A DNA stretch of 64,000 nt from Candidatus Bathyarchaeota archaeon (GCA_963720565.1 CAVRFW010000012.1:64001-128000); one strand, 5' to 3'; numbered from the stretch's first letter, positions 8,464 to 18,648 are shown. The notes: generated from the letters alone by a model not told the origin. A program made the numbers and translations.

Positions 8464-9720
8464 TTAATCGTTTGTGAGTGAAGTACCGTTCCAGAAGAAC
8501 AGCTGCTTGTACCTTTGCATAGCTTCAGATCCTGCATCTTCGTATATAACGTCCAGTTTCGAACCGCGAGACTCTATGAGTTGATTCAGTTCGCTCCATA
8601 CAATTGGAGATAATGTATCTGGCTCCCAGAGACCCCATATTTTGTCGTTGGGGCCGCGAAAACCGTATCCATAATCCTTGGGAAGAACATAAGCCGTCTC
8701 GCCGGGGGGCTCTCTTGGTTGCGGGTTGTTTTTATGGTAGTTCCAAAATTCTTTCATTGAGTTTAGGTGGTCTTGAGTCAAGAGGCCGTTTTCGGTTATG
8801 TTTGTGGGATAGTTGAAGACAACGATGTACTTGGCTCCGTTATCGTAAGCTAAGACCATGTCTTTGTAGAGCTCTTCTGCGCTTTCTATGTAGGGGGGTT
8901 GCGTGTAGGTCCAGGTTACTATCGCGCCCCAGTCGCTGTTATGTGCAGTTGCGGCGCCTCTGCACAGGGCAATGTTTACTTGTCTGCTGTGGTTCCAGCC
9001 GAACTGTGCGAAAACAGTGTTGTAGCAAGCTACATAATCGTACCAGTATAGGGCGTAGTCAGAGGTGAATATGGTGAAGTTGCCTGTCATGTTGAAGTTG
9101 CCAGCCCACCACAGCAAACCTTGCTCGGCTACGGCGTTCACGTATTGGATGGCTGCGTCGCTGTAGTTTAGCGCGTTGTTGACTGGTCTGTGCTCTGCGA
9201 GGTCTATTTGTTTTCCGCCTGGCTCGTCAAATGTGTAGACTCCCAGGAAATGTTTGCCCCACCTTTGTTTGGCGACTTGAAAGAAGTTTGTGTCGTTAAC
9301 GTATTCTAGTAAGCTCATGAATGGAATGAAATACAATCCTCGACTGTAAAGATTGTCAAAAACCTTGTACAGCGCTGAGGAATTTCTGGTTATCCCTAAA
9401 TCACTAACAATCACCAGGTTTACGTACTCTTTCACCTCATCGACAAAGATTAAAATCTCTTCAACGGTCGCGTGGCCCGTCATAACGCCGACAAACACAT
9501 CTTTCTCCACTGACAAATTGGGAACGATGCAGGCAAAAAACGCCAAAAGCAGAACGACTACAAATAGAACGATGAGGACTCGTGAAACCCTTGTTTTGTC
9601 TAATAGAGAATGGATAGTTCTCTTTGAAGACTGGTCTTCCGCCAGATTTCTAAACAGTGGAAACCTCAACCCCAAGGTTACGAGAAACCCTCCTTTGTTT
9701 TTAAATTCTTCTATGCTCAT
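8464..9720 (-). CDS. Secreted or membrane-anchored protein, possibly glycoside-hydrolase-like (DEPGG family)
   Basis: N-terminal TM segment, FLGVYTFDEPGG, TSDYALYWYDY, GAKYIVVFNY, YGYGFRGPNDKIWGLW. The start is probably downstream of 9720. Confidence 0.75.
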   Translation of the reverse strand: MSIEEFKNKGGFLVTLGLRFPLFRNLAEDQSSKRTIHSLLDKTRVSRVLIVLFVVVLLLAFFACIVPNLSVEKDVFVGVMTGHATVEEILIFVDEVKEYVNLVIVSDLGITRNSSALYKVFDNLYSRGLYFIPFMSLLEYVNDTNFFQVAKQRWGKHFLGVYTFDEPGGKQIDLAEHRPVNNALNYSDAAIQYVNAVAEQGLLWWAGNFNMTGNFTIFTSDYALYWYDYVACYNTVFAQFGWNHSRQVNIALCRGAATAHNSDWGAIVTWTYTQPPYIESAEELYKDMVLAYDNGAKYIVVFNYPTNITENGLLTQDHLNSMKEFWNYHKNNPQPREPPGETAYVLPKDYGYGFRGPNDKIWGLWEPDTLSPIVWSELNQLIESRGSKLDVIYEDAGSEAMQRYKQLFFWNGTSLTND

Positions 9721-9792
9721 TCATCCGGGCTACATCGAAAATGCCTACATGAAAAGGCTTCCTGCTACATTGAAAATTCAGGCAAGCGCGCG

Positions 9793-9950
9793 CTCACCCA
9801 GGAAGATCTCGTAAAAAAGGTGGGGTGCGAAGAGAAACTATACTCTTCATAGAAAAGGGAAACTACAATCTCTCGTTGAAGATAGCGTATGATATAGCGA
9901 AAGCCTTTCAGACCACGATTGATGATCTTTTCATCTTCGAAGACTCATGA
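9793..9950 (+). pseudogene. XRE/Cro-C1 HTH regulator fragment lacking its start and first helix
   Basis: [52 protein letters not shown] (one frameshift). It begins immediately after AGCGCGCGCT. Confidence 0.75.
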
Positions 9951-10537
9951 AGCAATCCCATTTTCTCTTTTTTTTAGGCTGTGCCCTCATAATTCAAACG
10001 TTTGCCTGAGTTAACGGCAATAGGCTTCTGTAAAGGATGATTCAAAAAATCACTTTTTTTGCATAATGGAAAAATATCTGGGATGACATAGTAGTGGGTG
10101 AGATGACGGGAAATGGTGGAGTACGTTAGGGGAAGTAAGATTGATAAGTGGCATTTTTGCAAAAACTGTACTCAGTATCCAATATACGTCTACCAAAGAA
10201 CGTCGACAAAACCGCCTAATATTTGCGAGCAGTGCACGACAAAGGTAAGAAACAGAGACTGCGCGACATAGATTTCGCTGCTTCGGCATTATTATCTCTG
10301 CTGTGGGTGTATGTATACTGCAGTCTCGTCTTTTGGCATCAGTTTCGGAGCGAAGGGTGGGTGGAATTTTCCAGTTCCTGGCCGTTTGATTTTCATTTTG
10401 GCTGACGTATTCTTTTGTTTGTTTTTCATCGCTAATTTGCGCGGATGGTCTTGTTTTTTTGGTATTTGTATTTTTGTAAGACACTTTGGGCGTGCGAATG
10501 TTTATTAGTAATATTTATTAAGACTTAAGATTTACTG

Positions 10538-12187
10538 TTGCGAGTGATTACATTGCAGCAGACAAACCCAAAGATACTCATCATAGGATTAGGCCAAATA
10601 GGATACCACAACGCAGAATACCTAACCCGACTCGGCTTAAACGTGGAAGGCTTCGACCTCGAGAGAAACGCAATCAAACGAGCCCTCGACTCCAAAATCA
10701 TACAAAGAGAAGCAAAAAACTTCGAGGGATACGATTGCCACTTGATCTGCGTTTCCACTCACAACCCAAACAACATGGCGGAACCCCTTCTGGACGGGCT
10801 ACTGGAAACAGCTGAACGCCTAAAACAAGAAGGAAAAGAAGGCGGACTCGTCTCAATAGAGAGCACAATTACCAAGGGAGTCTCCAACCAGGTTGAAAGA
10901 CTCTTGGAGCATAAACTTCACGTGGCTCATGTTCCTCACAGGTTCTATTCTGAAGACAAGAAAGAACACGGAGTAAAACAGCTGAGAGTATTGGGAGGCT
11001 GCAAAGGCTGCTGCACACGAGCAGCGCTAAACTTCTACGCCTCAGTCCTAGGCATCCCCGTGTACACAGTAAAATCAGTGGAAGTTGCAGAGCTCTCCAA
11101 GATAATCGAGAATTCACACAGGTTCTTGGAAATTGCTTTTGCTGAAGAGCTCAAGATGTTCTGCGACGATCAGGGTTTAGACTTTGAAGAACTGCAAGGC
11201 GCAATAAACTCTAAATGGAACATTAGAATCCTTGAAGCCCGCAATGGAATCGGCGGCCATTGCCTACCTAAAGACACCCAAATGTTCTTCGATCTAGCCA
11301 GAAATCTGCTTCCCGCCTCAACACTGTCAGCTGCAATCGAATCGGACAGACTGTACCAGTTCCATCTTGCGGAAAGCAAAGATTTCCAAGTTGTCTTTCC
11401 ATCTAGACATACTCCAGCAGAAACGATGCACAATCCATTAAGAGCTGATCCTTGCTTGAAACTCGTCGCTGCCGCAGCTGTTGCATCGACACTGGTAATT
11501 GTTCTTGGATTCATAATGGTAAGCCCAATCTTTGTTAATCCTCTTCAAGTCGAACCGAAACAGCGAATAATGCTCAGCTTCAGCATCTCAGAATCTGACG
11601 ACGTTGTGACATGGTGCGAAAACCTGTCGGCGGTCCTCAATGAATACGATCTGAGCGCAACGGTATTCATAGTCGGCAAAGTGGCCGAACAGCATCCAGA
11701 ATGTGTGCGATGTTTCAGCAACAAAGTTGACATCGGAAGCCAAACATACAGCAACTCAAACCTTACCTCTATTCCTTATTATGAGGCTCAGCTGGCGGAA
11801 GTAAGAAAGGGGAAACTCGCCGTGGAGACCGCGGGCAACCTTCTCTCAAGAGTTTTCATGGCACCGAGCAAGGCAACAGACCAAAACATCTACTCACTTT
11901 TAAGCCAAAACGAGATACTGGCAGATTTCTCATATGACGGGCAATACAATGTTTTCGTGGGCACTCAATTTCTAAAATTTGATGCTTTTGTTTTCGACGG
12001 CGCAACTTGCTCTGCAGACGTCATATTGGCAAACGGCGAAACGTCAAAAGTGACAGTTCTGCACTTTGACAACGGATGTTCAACAGAGCTCATTGAAAAT
12101 TTCATAGATTCACTGAGAACTGGACAGTTCGATTTCGTCAATGCCTCCGAAATCACTGGACTCGAATTAACAGTGAGGGGGACTTGA
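10538..12187 (+). CDS. NDP-sugar dehydrogenase (N-terminal and central domains) in frame with a TM segment and a polysaccharide-deacetylase-like domain
   Basis: IIGLGQIG, IESTI, AELSKIIENSHR, GIGGHCLPKD; then a TM segment and ATVFIVG, DIGSQT, FMAP (NodB-like). It could be two genes joined by an indel. Confidence 0.75.
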   Translation: MRVITLQQTNPKILIIGLGQIGYHNAEYLTRLGLNVEGFDLERNAIKRALDSKIIQREAKNFEGYDCHLICVSTHNPNNMAEPLLDGLLETAERLKQEGKEGGLVSIESTITKGVSNQVERLLEHKLHVAHVPHRFYSEDKKEHGVKQLRVLGGCKGCCTRAALNFYASVLGIPVYTVKSVEVAELSKIIENSHRFLEIAFAEELKMFCDDQGLDFEELQGAINSKWNIRILEARNGIGGHCLPKDTQMFFDLARNLLPASTLSAAIESDRLYQFHLAESKDFQVVFPSRHTPAETMHNPLRADPCLKLVAAAAVASTLVIVLGFIMVSPIFVNPLQVEPKQRIMLSFSISESDDVVTWCENLSAVLNEYDLSATVFIVGKVAEQHPECVRCFSNKVDIGSQTYSNSNLTSIPYYEAQLAEVRKGKLAVETAGNLLSRVFMAPSKATDQNIYSLLSQNEILADFSYDGQYNVFVGTQFLKFDAFVFDGATCSADVILANGETSKVTVLHFDNGCSTELIENFIDSLRTGQFDFVNASEITGLELTVRGT

Positions 12188-13623
12188 CAATCTCAACCAT
12201 CAATGTTCAGCTCCCCGAAATCGTCCTTGACGAGCAAGACGTTGCAGAACTAAATGATCCGAAAACTAACCAAGAGAACATGGGTAAGGTAAGCAGGAAA
12301 GCGTGGACTATTCGCGCAGCCACCATAGGCGCAATCACTTTTTTCATGTTTTATAATCTAACAGTCGCGTGGCTGATGTGGGATCCGCTAATCGTGTATT
12401 CGACTTTGATGCCGCTGCACACGTTGATAGTTTTCATCGTCGGCTGGGTCTTCTTCAAGAACAAATCAACTGGAAAAATTCCAGAAGACCTAGTTTCAGT
12501 GATTGTTCCGGTTTACAACCAGGCAGGGCTGATAGAGGATGTATTGAACGCGGTTCTAAAATCCACTTATTCGAACATTGAAGTCTTGGCGGTGAATGAC
12601 GGAAGCAAGGACGGCACGGACAAGATTCTGGATGCATTGGCTGAGAGGAACAGTAAGCTCAAGGTTATCCATAAACCAAACGGGGGAAAACGAACCGCTG
12701 TTGCAACCGGTTTCTACGCCTCGAAAGGAGAGTATATCGTGCTCATCGATTCAGACAGCGTCGTTGACTGCAGGGCAATAGAGAAATTCATGAGAACCTT
12801 TAGCGCAAACCCGAAAGTTGGGGGCGTCGTCGGTAACTGTAAGGTTTTGAACGCGAACAAAAACTTGCTGACGAAGTGTCAAGACGCATGGTATGACTAC
12901 GCTTTCAACATTCACAAGACGACTGAAAGTACATTTGGCACAGTCTTATGTTGCTCGGGCTGCTTGGCCTCCTACAGACGAGCGGCGATAGCCCGTTTTA
13001 TTCCTTTTTGGGCTAACGCTAAGGTTCAAAACAGCGACGATAGGGACTTGACGAGTTACGTGCTGGGATCGCCATGGGCAAAGAACGATCTCGCTCCACT
13101 GTCATTGCAGTTGATGAAGGAAATGGCGAACTACGACGATTCTGAGGACCGAGGTTTGACAGCTCACACACTTATGGAGTGGGAAACCGTCTACGTGCCC
13201 ACTGCGGTAGTCTACACGGAAGTTCCTGAAACCCCCAAGTCATACATTAGGCAACAGACGAGATGGAAGAAAGGCTACATTAGATCATGCTTCTTTGTTA
13301 GCGCGTTCTTCTGGAGGAAAAACCCTCTCATGGCGCTGGTTTTCTATTTGGAATTCATGAGCACCTTCGTATCGCCTGCAGTGATCTTTGCAATATACAT
13401 CTATGCTCCTTCCGTGCTGCATCTCTACCTAATTCCGTTGACATACCTTATCGGTCAGCTTCTGATCGGTTTTGCTGCAGGGCTTGACTACAAGTTTAGG
13501 GAGCCCGAGACTGCAAACTGGAAGTACAAGCCGCTGATGAATCTAGTAGCCTCCTTTGTACTTCCTTGGTTGATAATTCCTGCCTTGTGGACGTTTAGGA
13601 AAAATCGGTGGATGACTCGGTGA
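12184..13623 (+). CDS. Processive GT2 glycosyltransferase, hyaluronan-synthase/NodC/IcaA-like
   Basis: VPVYN, NDGSKDGT, NGGKR, IDSDS, VLCCSGCLASYRR, EDRGLT, QQTRW (QxxRW); two N-terminal and several C-terminal TM segments. Confidence 0.9.
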   Translation: MTISTINVQLPEIVLDEQDVAELNDPKTNQENMGKVSRKAWTIRAATIGAITFFMFYNLTVAWLMWDPLIVYSTLMPLHTLIVFIVGWVFFKNKSTGKIPEDLVSVIVPVYNQAGLIEDVLNAVLKSTYSNIEVLAVNDGSKDGTDKILDALAERNSKLKVIHKPNGGKRTAVATGFYASKGEYIVLIDSDSVVDCRAIEKFMRTFSANPKVGGVVGNCKVLNANKNLLTKCQDAWYDYAFNIHKTTESTFGTVLCCSGCLASYRRAAIARFIPFWANAKVQNSDDRDLTSYVLGSPWAKNDLAPLSLQLMKEMANYDDSEDRGLTAHTLMEWETVYVPTAVVYTEVPETPKSYIRQQTRWKKGYIRSCFFVSAFFWRKNPLMALVFYLEFMSTFVSPAVIFAIYIYAPSVLHLYLIPLTYLIGQLLIGFAAGLDYKFREPETANWKYKPLMNLVASFVLPWLIIPALWTFRKNRWMTR

Positions 13624-14423
13624 GGCAAATGTGGTTTAGCACAAAGAAGAAACTAGCAGTTGTTCTTTCCTCGTTAATCGTGATTTCCATGTTGCTTGCG
13701 GCACTCGCAGCAGGCGTGCTGAGAGAACGCCCCGAACGTTACATTGTCTTGCGAGTGGACGACATCCAGGATTACGCCTTCAGGGATGCTCAACTGTTCC
13801 TCTTGAACTACAGCGCTGAAGCAGACCTGACGATGAGTTTGGGCGTTATTTCAGGTATGTTCGGGGAAGACCAGCAAGTTCTTGAGGCAACACGGTCAGC
13901 GGTAGAATCAGGTTCTGAAGTAGGCATCCACGGCTGGAATCATGAAGACCTCACAGTTCTATCGCTGAACGAGCAAAGAGACATCTTGTTTCAAGCGAAA
14001 AACCGAATAAGGCAGCTGCTTGGAGCAGACTCGACGCTGTTGATTCCGCCTATGTTCAGCTTCAACCAGGACACGATTTCTGCGATGCAGAAAGAATCAT
14101 GCAGCATCATTTCAACTTGCACAGACTATAACGAACCAAGTTTTGACGCAGAGGTCATAAACATACCAGCGACGGTGGAACTGTCAGTTCTCTCTGGCAA
14201 CACCTGGCACTTGAAGAGTTCCGACGTGGTTTTGTGGGAGGTTGAAAGAAGCTTCGAACTATATGGATATGCGGCGATCGTGACCCATCCGCAGGAGTTC
14301 TTCACGGATGGAAAACTGGACCAGACGGCTGCTAATTCCCTCATCGTTCTACTAGAAAAACTAGGGGAAACATGTAACTTCACAACGTTTGAAAACATAG
14401 CGCGTCAAAAAACAGCATCCTAA
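13608..14423 (+). CDS. Secreted polysaccharide deacetylase (CE4/DUF2334-like)
   Basis: Signal/TM segment, LRVDD, GIHGWNH, LIPP, VTHPQEF. Confidence 0.85.
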   Translation: MDDSVRQMWFSTKKKLAVVLSSLIVISMLLAALAAGVLRERPERYIVLRVDDIQDYAFRDAQLFLLNYSAEADLTMSLGVISGMFGEDQQVLEATRSAVESGSEVGIHGWNHEDLTVLSLNEQRDILFQAKNRIRQLLGADSTLLIPPMFSFNQDTISAMQKESCSIISTCTDYNEPSFDAEVINIPATVELSVLSGNTWHLKSSDVVLWEVERSFELYGYAAIVTHPQEFFTDGKLDQTAANSLIVLLEKLGETCNFTTFENIARQKTAS

Positions 14424-14463
14424 CCAGGATAATGCAAAAATCCAGAAGAGCAGAGGTAAGCCT

Positions 14464-15360
14464 CTACCCAAGATTCTGCATTTCAGCATACTTCTTCCAT
14501 GAATCATCTATCCAATTTTTGAAGACTCGAATATCCTCATCTGTCATTAACTTGTATCTTTCTTGAATTTTCAGAAAGTTCTCTATGGGCTTCCGTTTTT
14601 CTTTGCTGATAAGACTTGCGCTTGGACCTGTCAGATGGAATCTTCCGTTTTCTATCTCGAAGAGAGCCCACGCTCCGGTTTCTACTGCTAATCTGCCTAC
14701 GTGTATTGTCTCGTCTGCCGGTGTTCTCCAGCCGGGTGGACATGGACTGTAGAGGTGAATGTACTTGAAGCCTGTGTATGTCAACGCTTTCCGGAGTTTC
14801 TGGACGAAATCTTGGGCGTAGGATATGTTGGCGGTTGCGATGTAGGGTATGTTGTGTGCTTTCATGATGAGGGGCATGTCTTTCTTGAATAACTTCTTGC
14901 CGCCTGGCGAATTGGCAGTCAATGCGCCATATGGGGTTGCGCCGCTTTCTTGAACTCCGGTGTTCATGTAGCCTTCATTGTCGTAGCAAATGTAGAGCAT
15001 GTTGTCTTGTCGATGAGCGGCGCTTGAGAGTGCAGATAGGCCTATGTCAGCTGTTCCTCCGTCTCCAGCCCAGACTACAACGTTTACTTCCTCTATGTTT
15101 CGAACTTTTAGAGCGGCAAGCACTCCGGAAGCGACGGCAGCGGACGAAGCGAACGCCACGTTTAAGGCTGGAACTCTCAATGCTGTTTTCGGATACGAGC
15201 CCTGAATGATTGCGGAGCAGTTGGCTGGAATAATCAGAATTGTTCGTTTGCCCAATATTCTCATGGCTAATCTTAGACTTAGGGCGGCGCCGCAGCCCAT
15301 GCAAGAAGATGTTCCAGGCAGAAGGTATTCTTCCTGGGGCAATTGTTTGATGAAGCTCAT
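14464..15360 (-). CDS. porB: 2-oxoacid (pyruvate):ferredoxin oxidoreductase beta subunit
   Basis: CMGCG, GDGG...DNEGYMNTG (TPP-binding), SPCPPGW. Confidence 0.92.
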   Translation of the reverse strand: MSFIKQLPQEEYLLPGTSSCMGCGAALSLRLAMRILGKRTILIIPANCSAIIQGSYPKTALRVPALNVAFASSAAVASGVLAALKVRNIEEVNVVVWAGDGGTADIGLSALSSAAHRQDNMLYICYDNEGYMNTGVQESGATPYGALTANSPGGKKLFKKDMPLIMKAHNIPYIATANISYAQDFVQKLRKALTYTGFKYIHLYSPCPPGWRTPADETIHVGRLAVETGAWALFEIENGRFHLTGPSASLISKEKRKPIENFLKIQERYKLMTDEDIRVFKNWIDDSWKKYAEMQNLG

Positions 15361-16550
15361 TTTTCAACAACCTCCTTTGTGGCCACCCATTCTTCCTTGG
15401 GATATTTCACTCCCTTCTTGAGGGCGTCAAGGCCTTTTCTTGCTGCTCTGGTGAGGTCTCTTATTCTTATGTCTCTGCCTCCGAGGCCTGCGATGAAACC
15501 TAGAACAAGGGGTTTCTCTTCCAAATGATAAAGTGCACTTTTTAGCTCCGTGAAGAGTGCGCCCTCCATTCCGAATGATATGTCACGGTCGATGACTACG
15601 AAAGCTTTCACTCTCTTTCCCAGTTCTTGTAACGCTTCTACAGGGAAGGGTCTGAAAACTCGCAGTTTAACGGCGCCAACTGGCAGTTTCTCCTTTCGGA
15701 GCCGGTCAACGGCTTCTTTGGCTTCGCTGCTTATGGCTCCCATAGAAACTATGGCTATGTCGATGTCTCTGCACTTGTAGCATTGAACCTGAGATTCGTA
15801 GTCTCGACCAAACTGTTTGGAGAATTCTGAGGCAGTTTCGCTGATGACGAGTCTGGCGTTTTCCATGGCTTTCTGAATTAAGAGACGAAACTCCATGTAC
15901 AATTCTGGACTTACAAGGTTACCGTGAGTCGTGGGTTTCTCCAAGTTAATCAGGGCATGCTCAGTGTTGTATGGTTTTAGGAAGGCGTCCACTGTTCTTT
16001 GATCAGGCAGCTCAAGAGGCATGGCTGTGTGCGAGAGTTCAAATCCGTCGTAGCACACCATGGCAGGCAGGAGAACTCGGGGATCTTCCGCGACCTTGTA
16101 CGCCTGCAATACGGTGTCGAGGATGTCTTGGTTGTTTTCGCAGTAAAATTGGATCCATCCGGTGTCTCTTTGACTGATTGAGTCGTTGTGGTCAACCCAG
16201 ATTGACCAGGGTGGGGCTATTGCACGGTTGACTTGAGCCATTACTATTGGTAGTCTGCTTCCGGAGGCCCAGTGAAGCATCTCGTGCATGTACAGCAAGC
16301 CCTGGGAAGATGTTGCTGTGAAGGTTCTAACGCCTGCCGCTGAGGCTCCGATGCAGGCTGACATTGCGCTGTGCTCGGATTCTACCTTGATGTACTCGGC
16401 GTTCATCTGGCCGTTGGCAATGAACTCTGAGATTTTCTCCACCACGGCGGTCTGGGGCGTGATTGGATAAGCTGCGACTACTCTGACGCGGGCGAGTTTT
16501 ACCGCGTAGGCAGCGGCGTAGTTACCATTTGCCACCAGTTTTTGCGGCAT
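15357..16550 (-). CDS. porA: 2-oxoacid (pyruvate):ferredoxin oxidoreductase alpha subunit
   Basis: AYPITPQT, ESEHSAMS, TATSSQGL, GLGGRD. Confidence 0.93.
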   Translation of the reverse strand: MPQKLVANGNYAAAYAVKLARVRVVAAYPITPQTAVVEKISEFIANGQMNAEYIKVESEHSAMSACIGASAAGVRTFTATSSQGLLYMHEMLHWASGSRLPIVMAQVNRAIAPPWSIWVDHNDSISQRDTGWIQFYCENNQDILDTVLQAYKVAEDPRVLLPAMVCYDGFELSHTAMPLELPDQRTVDAFLKPYNTEHALINLEKPTTHGNLVSPELYMEFRLLIQKAMENARLVISETASEFSKQFGRDYESQVQCYKCRDIDIAIVSMGAISSEAKEAVDRLRKEKLPVGAVKLRVFRPFPVEALQELGKRVKAFVVIDRDISFGMEGALFTELKSALYHLEEKPLVLGFIAGLGGRDIRIRDLTRAARKGLDALKKGVKYPKEEWVATKEVVEK

Positions 16551-16854
16551 CCTTCATTTCTCCTTTAAACTTCATCGTTATTGCTTTCATGGGGCATTCT
16601 TTTGCGCAGATTCCGCAGCCCTTGCAATGTGAAAGTTCAACTTCGGGTTCGTAGTTCGGGTCAAGTTTTATGGCGCCTTCTGGACAGTAGAGCCAGCAAA
16701 TTGCGCACTTCGTGCAACGTGACTTGCTTATGGTGGGTTGAAATATTCGCCATGTGCTGATGTCAACAGCGCCTTCCTCGGATGGAACTGATATGGGGGT
16801 TCTCGGCAGAATCGGAGGTGCGGATTTGACTCGTTTTCTAGCCAGCTTTATCAA
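16522..16854 (-). CDS. porD: 2-oxoacid:ferredoxin oxidoreductase delta subunit (2x[4Fe-4S])
   Basis: WR..P, CTKCAICWLYCP, CKGCGICAKECP. Confidence 0.9.
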   Translation of the reverse strand: MIKLARKRVKSAPPILPRTPISVPSEEGAVDISTWRIFQPTISKSRCTKCAICWLYCPEGAIKLDPNYEPEVELSHCKGCGICAKECPMKAITMKFKGEMKDAAKTGGKW

Positions 16855-17401
16855 TCCCCCTCAGAAGCATATAACCCAACAACGCGGCCTCGGCGTTTCT
16901 TTCTCCCAGTTGCCCCGGCCATCTCTTTCTGATTGCATCTTTAAGCGAGTCAATGCTTACTATCTTTGTGGCTCTAGCAAATGCTCCTAACATCACGGTG
17001 TTAACGACCGCGGATCCAGCGACAACTAGTCCCAGCTTAACCGCAAGCTTGGTAGCGTCAACCTTGACAACCCTGTAACCTTCGTATTCAAACCGCTTGC
17101 GCCTGCCTGGACTGTTAACTAAAAGCAAACCAGCTTTCTTCAGCCCTTCTGTCACGTTCACTCCCTCGCTCAAGAAGGGACTGAGAACCACAACATAGTG
17201 TGGTTCATAGAGTGGGCCTCGAAGCCGAATCGCCCTCTCAGATATACGCACAAAAGCTGTCACGGGCGCACCTCGACGCTCTCCGCCGAAAAACGGGAAG
17301 GCTTGAACCCATTTACCTTCCTTGAAGGCGGCGTCGACTAGAAGCTCTGCAGCGATTACTACGCCTTCTCCTCCTCGACCATGAAATCTTACACCTTTCA
17401 T
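16838..17401 (-). CDS. porG: 2-oxoacid:ferredoxin oxidoreductase gamma subunit
   Basis: HGRGGEG, FGGERRGAP, NTVMLGA. Confidence 0.92.
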   Translation of the reverse strand: MKGVRFHGRGGEGVVIAAELLVDAAFKEGKWVQAFPFFGGERRGAPVTAFVRISERAIRLRGPLYEPHYVVVLSPFLSEGVNVTEGLKKAGLLLVNSPGRRKRFEYEGYRVVKVDATKLAVKLGLVVAGSAVVNTVMLGAFARATKIVSIDSLKDAIRKRWPGQLGERNAEAALLGYMLLRGIDKAG

Positions 17402-17760
17402 AATCGATCAATAGACTATTCTGAAGTTGACTGCTTAAAACGTTTACACTGGAAACCCTCGGTTTCGTCCGTAAATGCGCTCTAAGATAGTGAAACTTGA
17501 GAAGGACAACGAACGCGAAAAGAAAAAGGCTGAAAGTGTCTACCAGATAGCACAGAAAATCTGTCCGCTGCGCCATTCATAGGGCGAAAACGTTCCAATA
17601 GGTTTCAAACTGACCTTTCTATAATTATGTTTGAAGAAAACGGTTGCTGCCGGACTCCAGCTTTTTTTGCACTGCCCACCCTTGGGCTAGAATAGAATTT
17701 AGACCGGAAAAAATAATATACGACTGCCTATCTTTTGATGACCAACACAAGCTGACAAAG

Positions 17761-18648
17761 ATGGAATGGTACGTTTTTGCCTTATTGGCTCCTGCTTTCT
17801 GGGCTATGAATAACGTGTTCATCAAGTTTCTCCTCACTAACAAGTTCAAGAGTAATCTCCCTATGATGTTCACTGCTATTTTATGTGACATGGTTTTTGC
17901 CCTGGCTGTTGCCCTGTTTGCTCCGATCAAAATCGATTTTCCTTACAGTATTGCTGCTTTGCTTGCTGGCTTGATGCCGCTCGCCGGATTTTGGTTCTAT
18001 ACTAAGGCTCTCCTGTTTGAAGATGTAAGCAGGATAGTAACTTTGTTTCAGCTTGTTCCATTGTTCGTTGTTTGTTTATCGGCAGTTTTTCTTGGCGAGA
18101 TTCTCGGCTTTCAGAAGTATCTCGGAATATCCTTGATAATTGTTGCGTCAACTTTGGTTTCTTACAAGAAGTTCGGGAGCAAAGCGTTTTCAGGCGCGTT
18201 GAAATTCATGATACCCTTTGCGGTGTTGATAGCCACCTACACTATCTCGGACAAAATGCTCTTGGGTTATCTGGATTTCTGGTCTGTGTTTTTCTGGAAT
18301 ATTCTGGGAACTTTCTGCGGAGTATTCTTTTTACTGTCTTTTTCTAGACCTAGGAAAGAGTTTCGAGTAGCAGTTTCAGACGCTGGAAAAAAAGCCGTTT
18401 TTACAGCCTTCATCGGAGAAGGGCTCTATATCACGGGCACAATATGTTCCCTGGCAGCGTTGTCCATAGTTGACGCGTCTTTAGCTTCTGCATTGTTTGG
18501 TTTACAGCCCTTCTTTGTTTTCTTTTACATCCTGCTTCTGAGTCTATTTCTACCCAAAATCCTCAATGAAGATATCAGCAAATCAATAGTATTGCTAAAG
18601 GCCTCTGCTATTGCCTTAATGCTCATAGGAACCTGGCTTGTGATATAG
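17761..18648 (+). CDS. EamA/DMT-family transporter
   Basis: About 10 TM segments in two repeats; FLGE motif. Likely start is MEWYVF at 17761. Confidence 0.85.
   Translation: MEWYVFALLAPAFWAMNNVFIKFLLTNKFKSNLPMMFTAILCDMVFALAVALFAPIKIDFPYSIAALLAGLMPLAGFWFYTKALLFEDVSRIVTLFQLVPLFVVCLSAVFLGEILGFQKYLGISLIIVASTLVSYKKFGSKAFSGALKFMIPFAVLIATYTISDKMLLGYLDFWSVFFWNILGTFCGVFFLLSFSRPRKEFRVAVSDAGKKAVFTAFIGEGLYITGTICSLAALSIVDASLASALFGLQPFFVFFYILLLSLFLPKILNEDISKSIVLLKASAIALMLIGTWLVI

Noticed and set aside
10050..10484. 144-aa minus-strand ORF divergent from the exopolysaccharide operon
   Set aside because: It has low-complexity A/C-rich sequence and no recognisable motif. I cannot support it as a gene, though it is not excluded.
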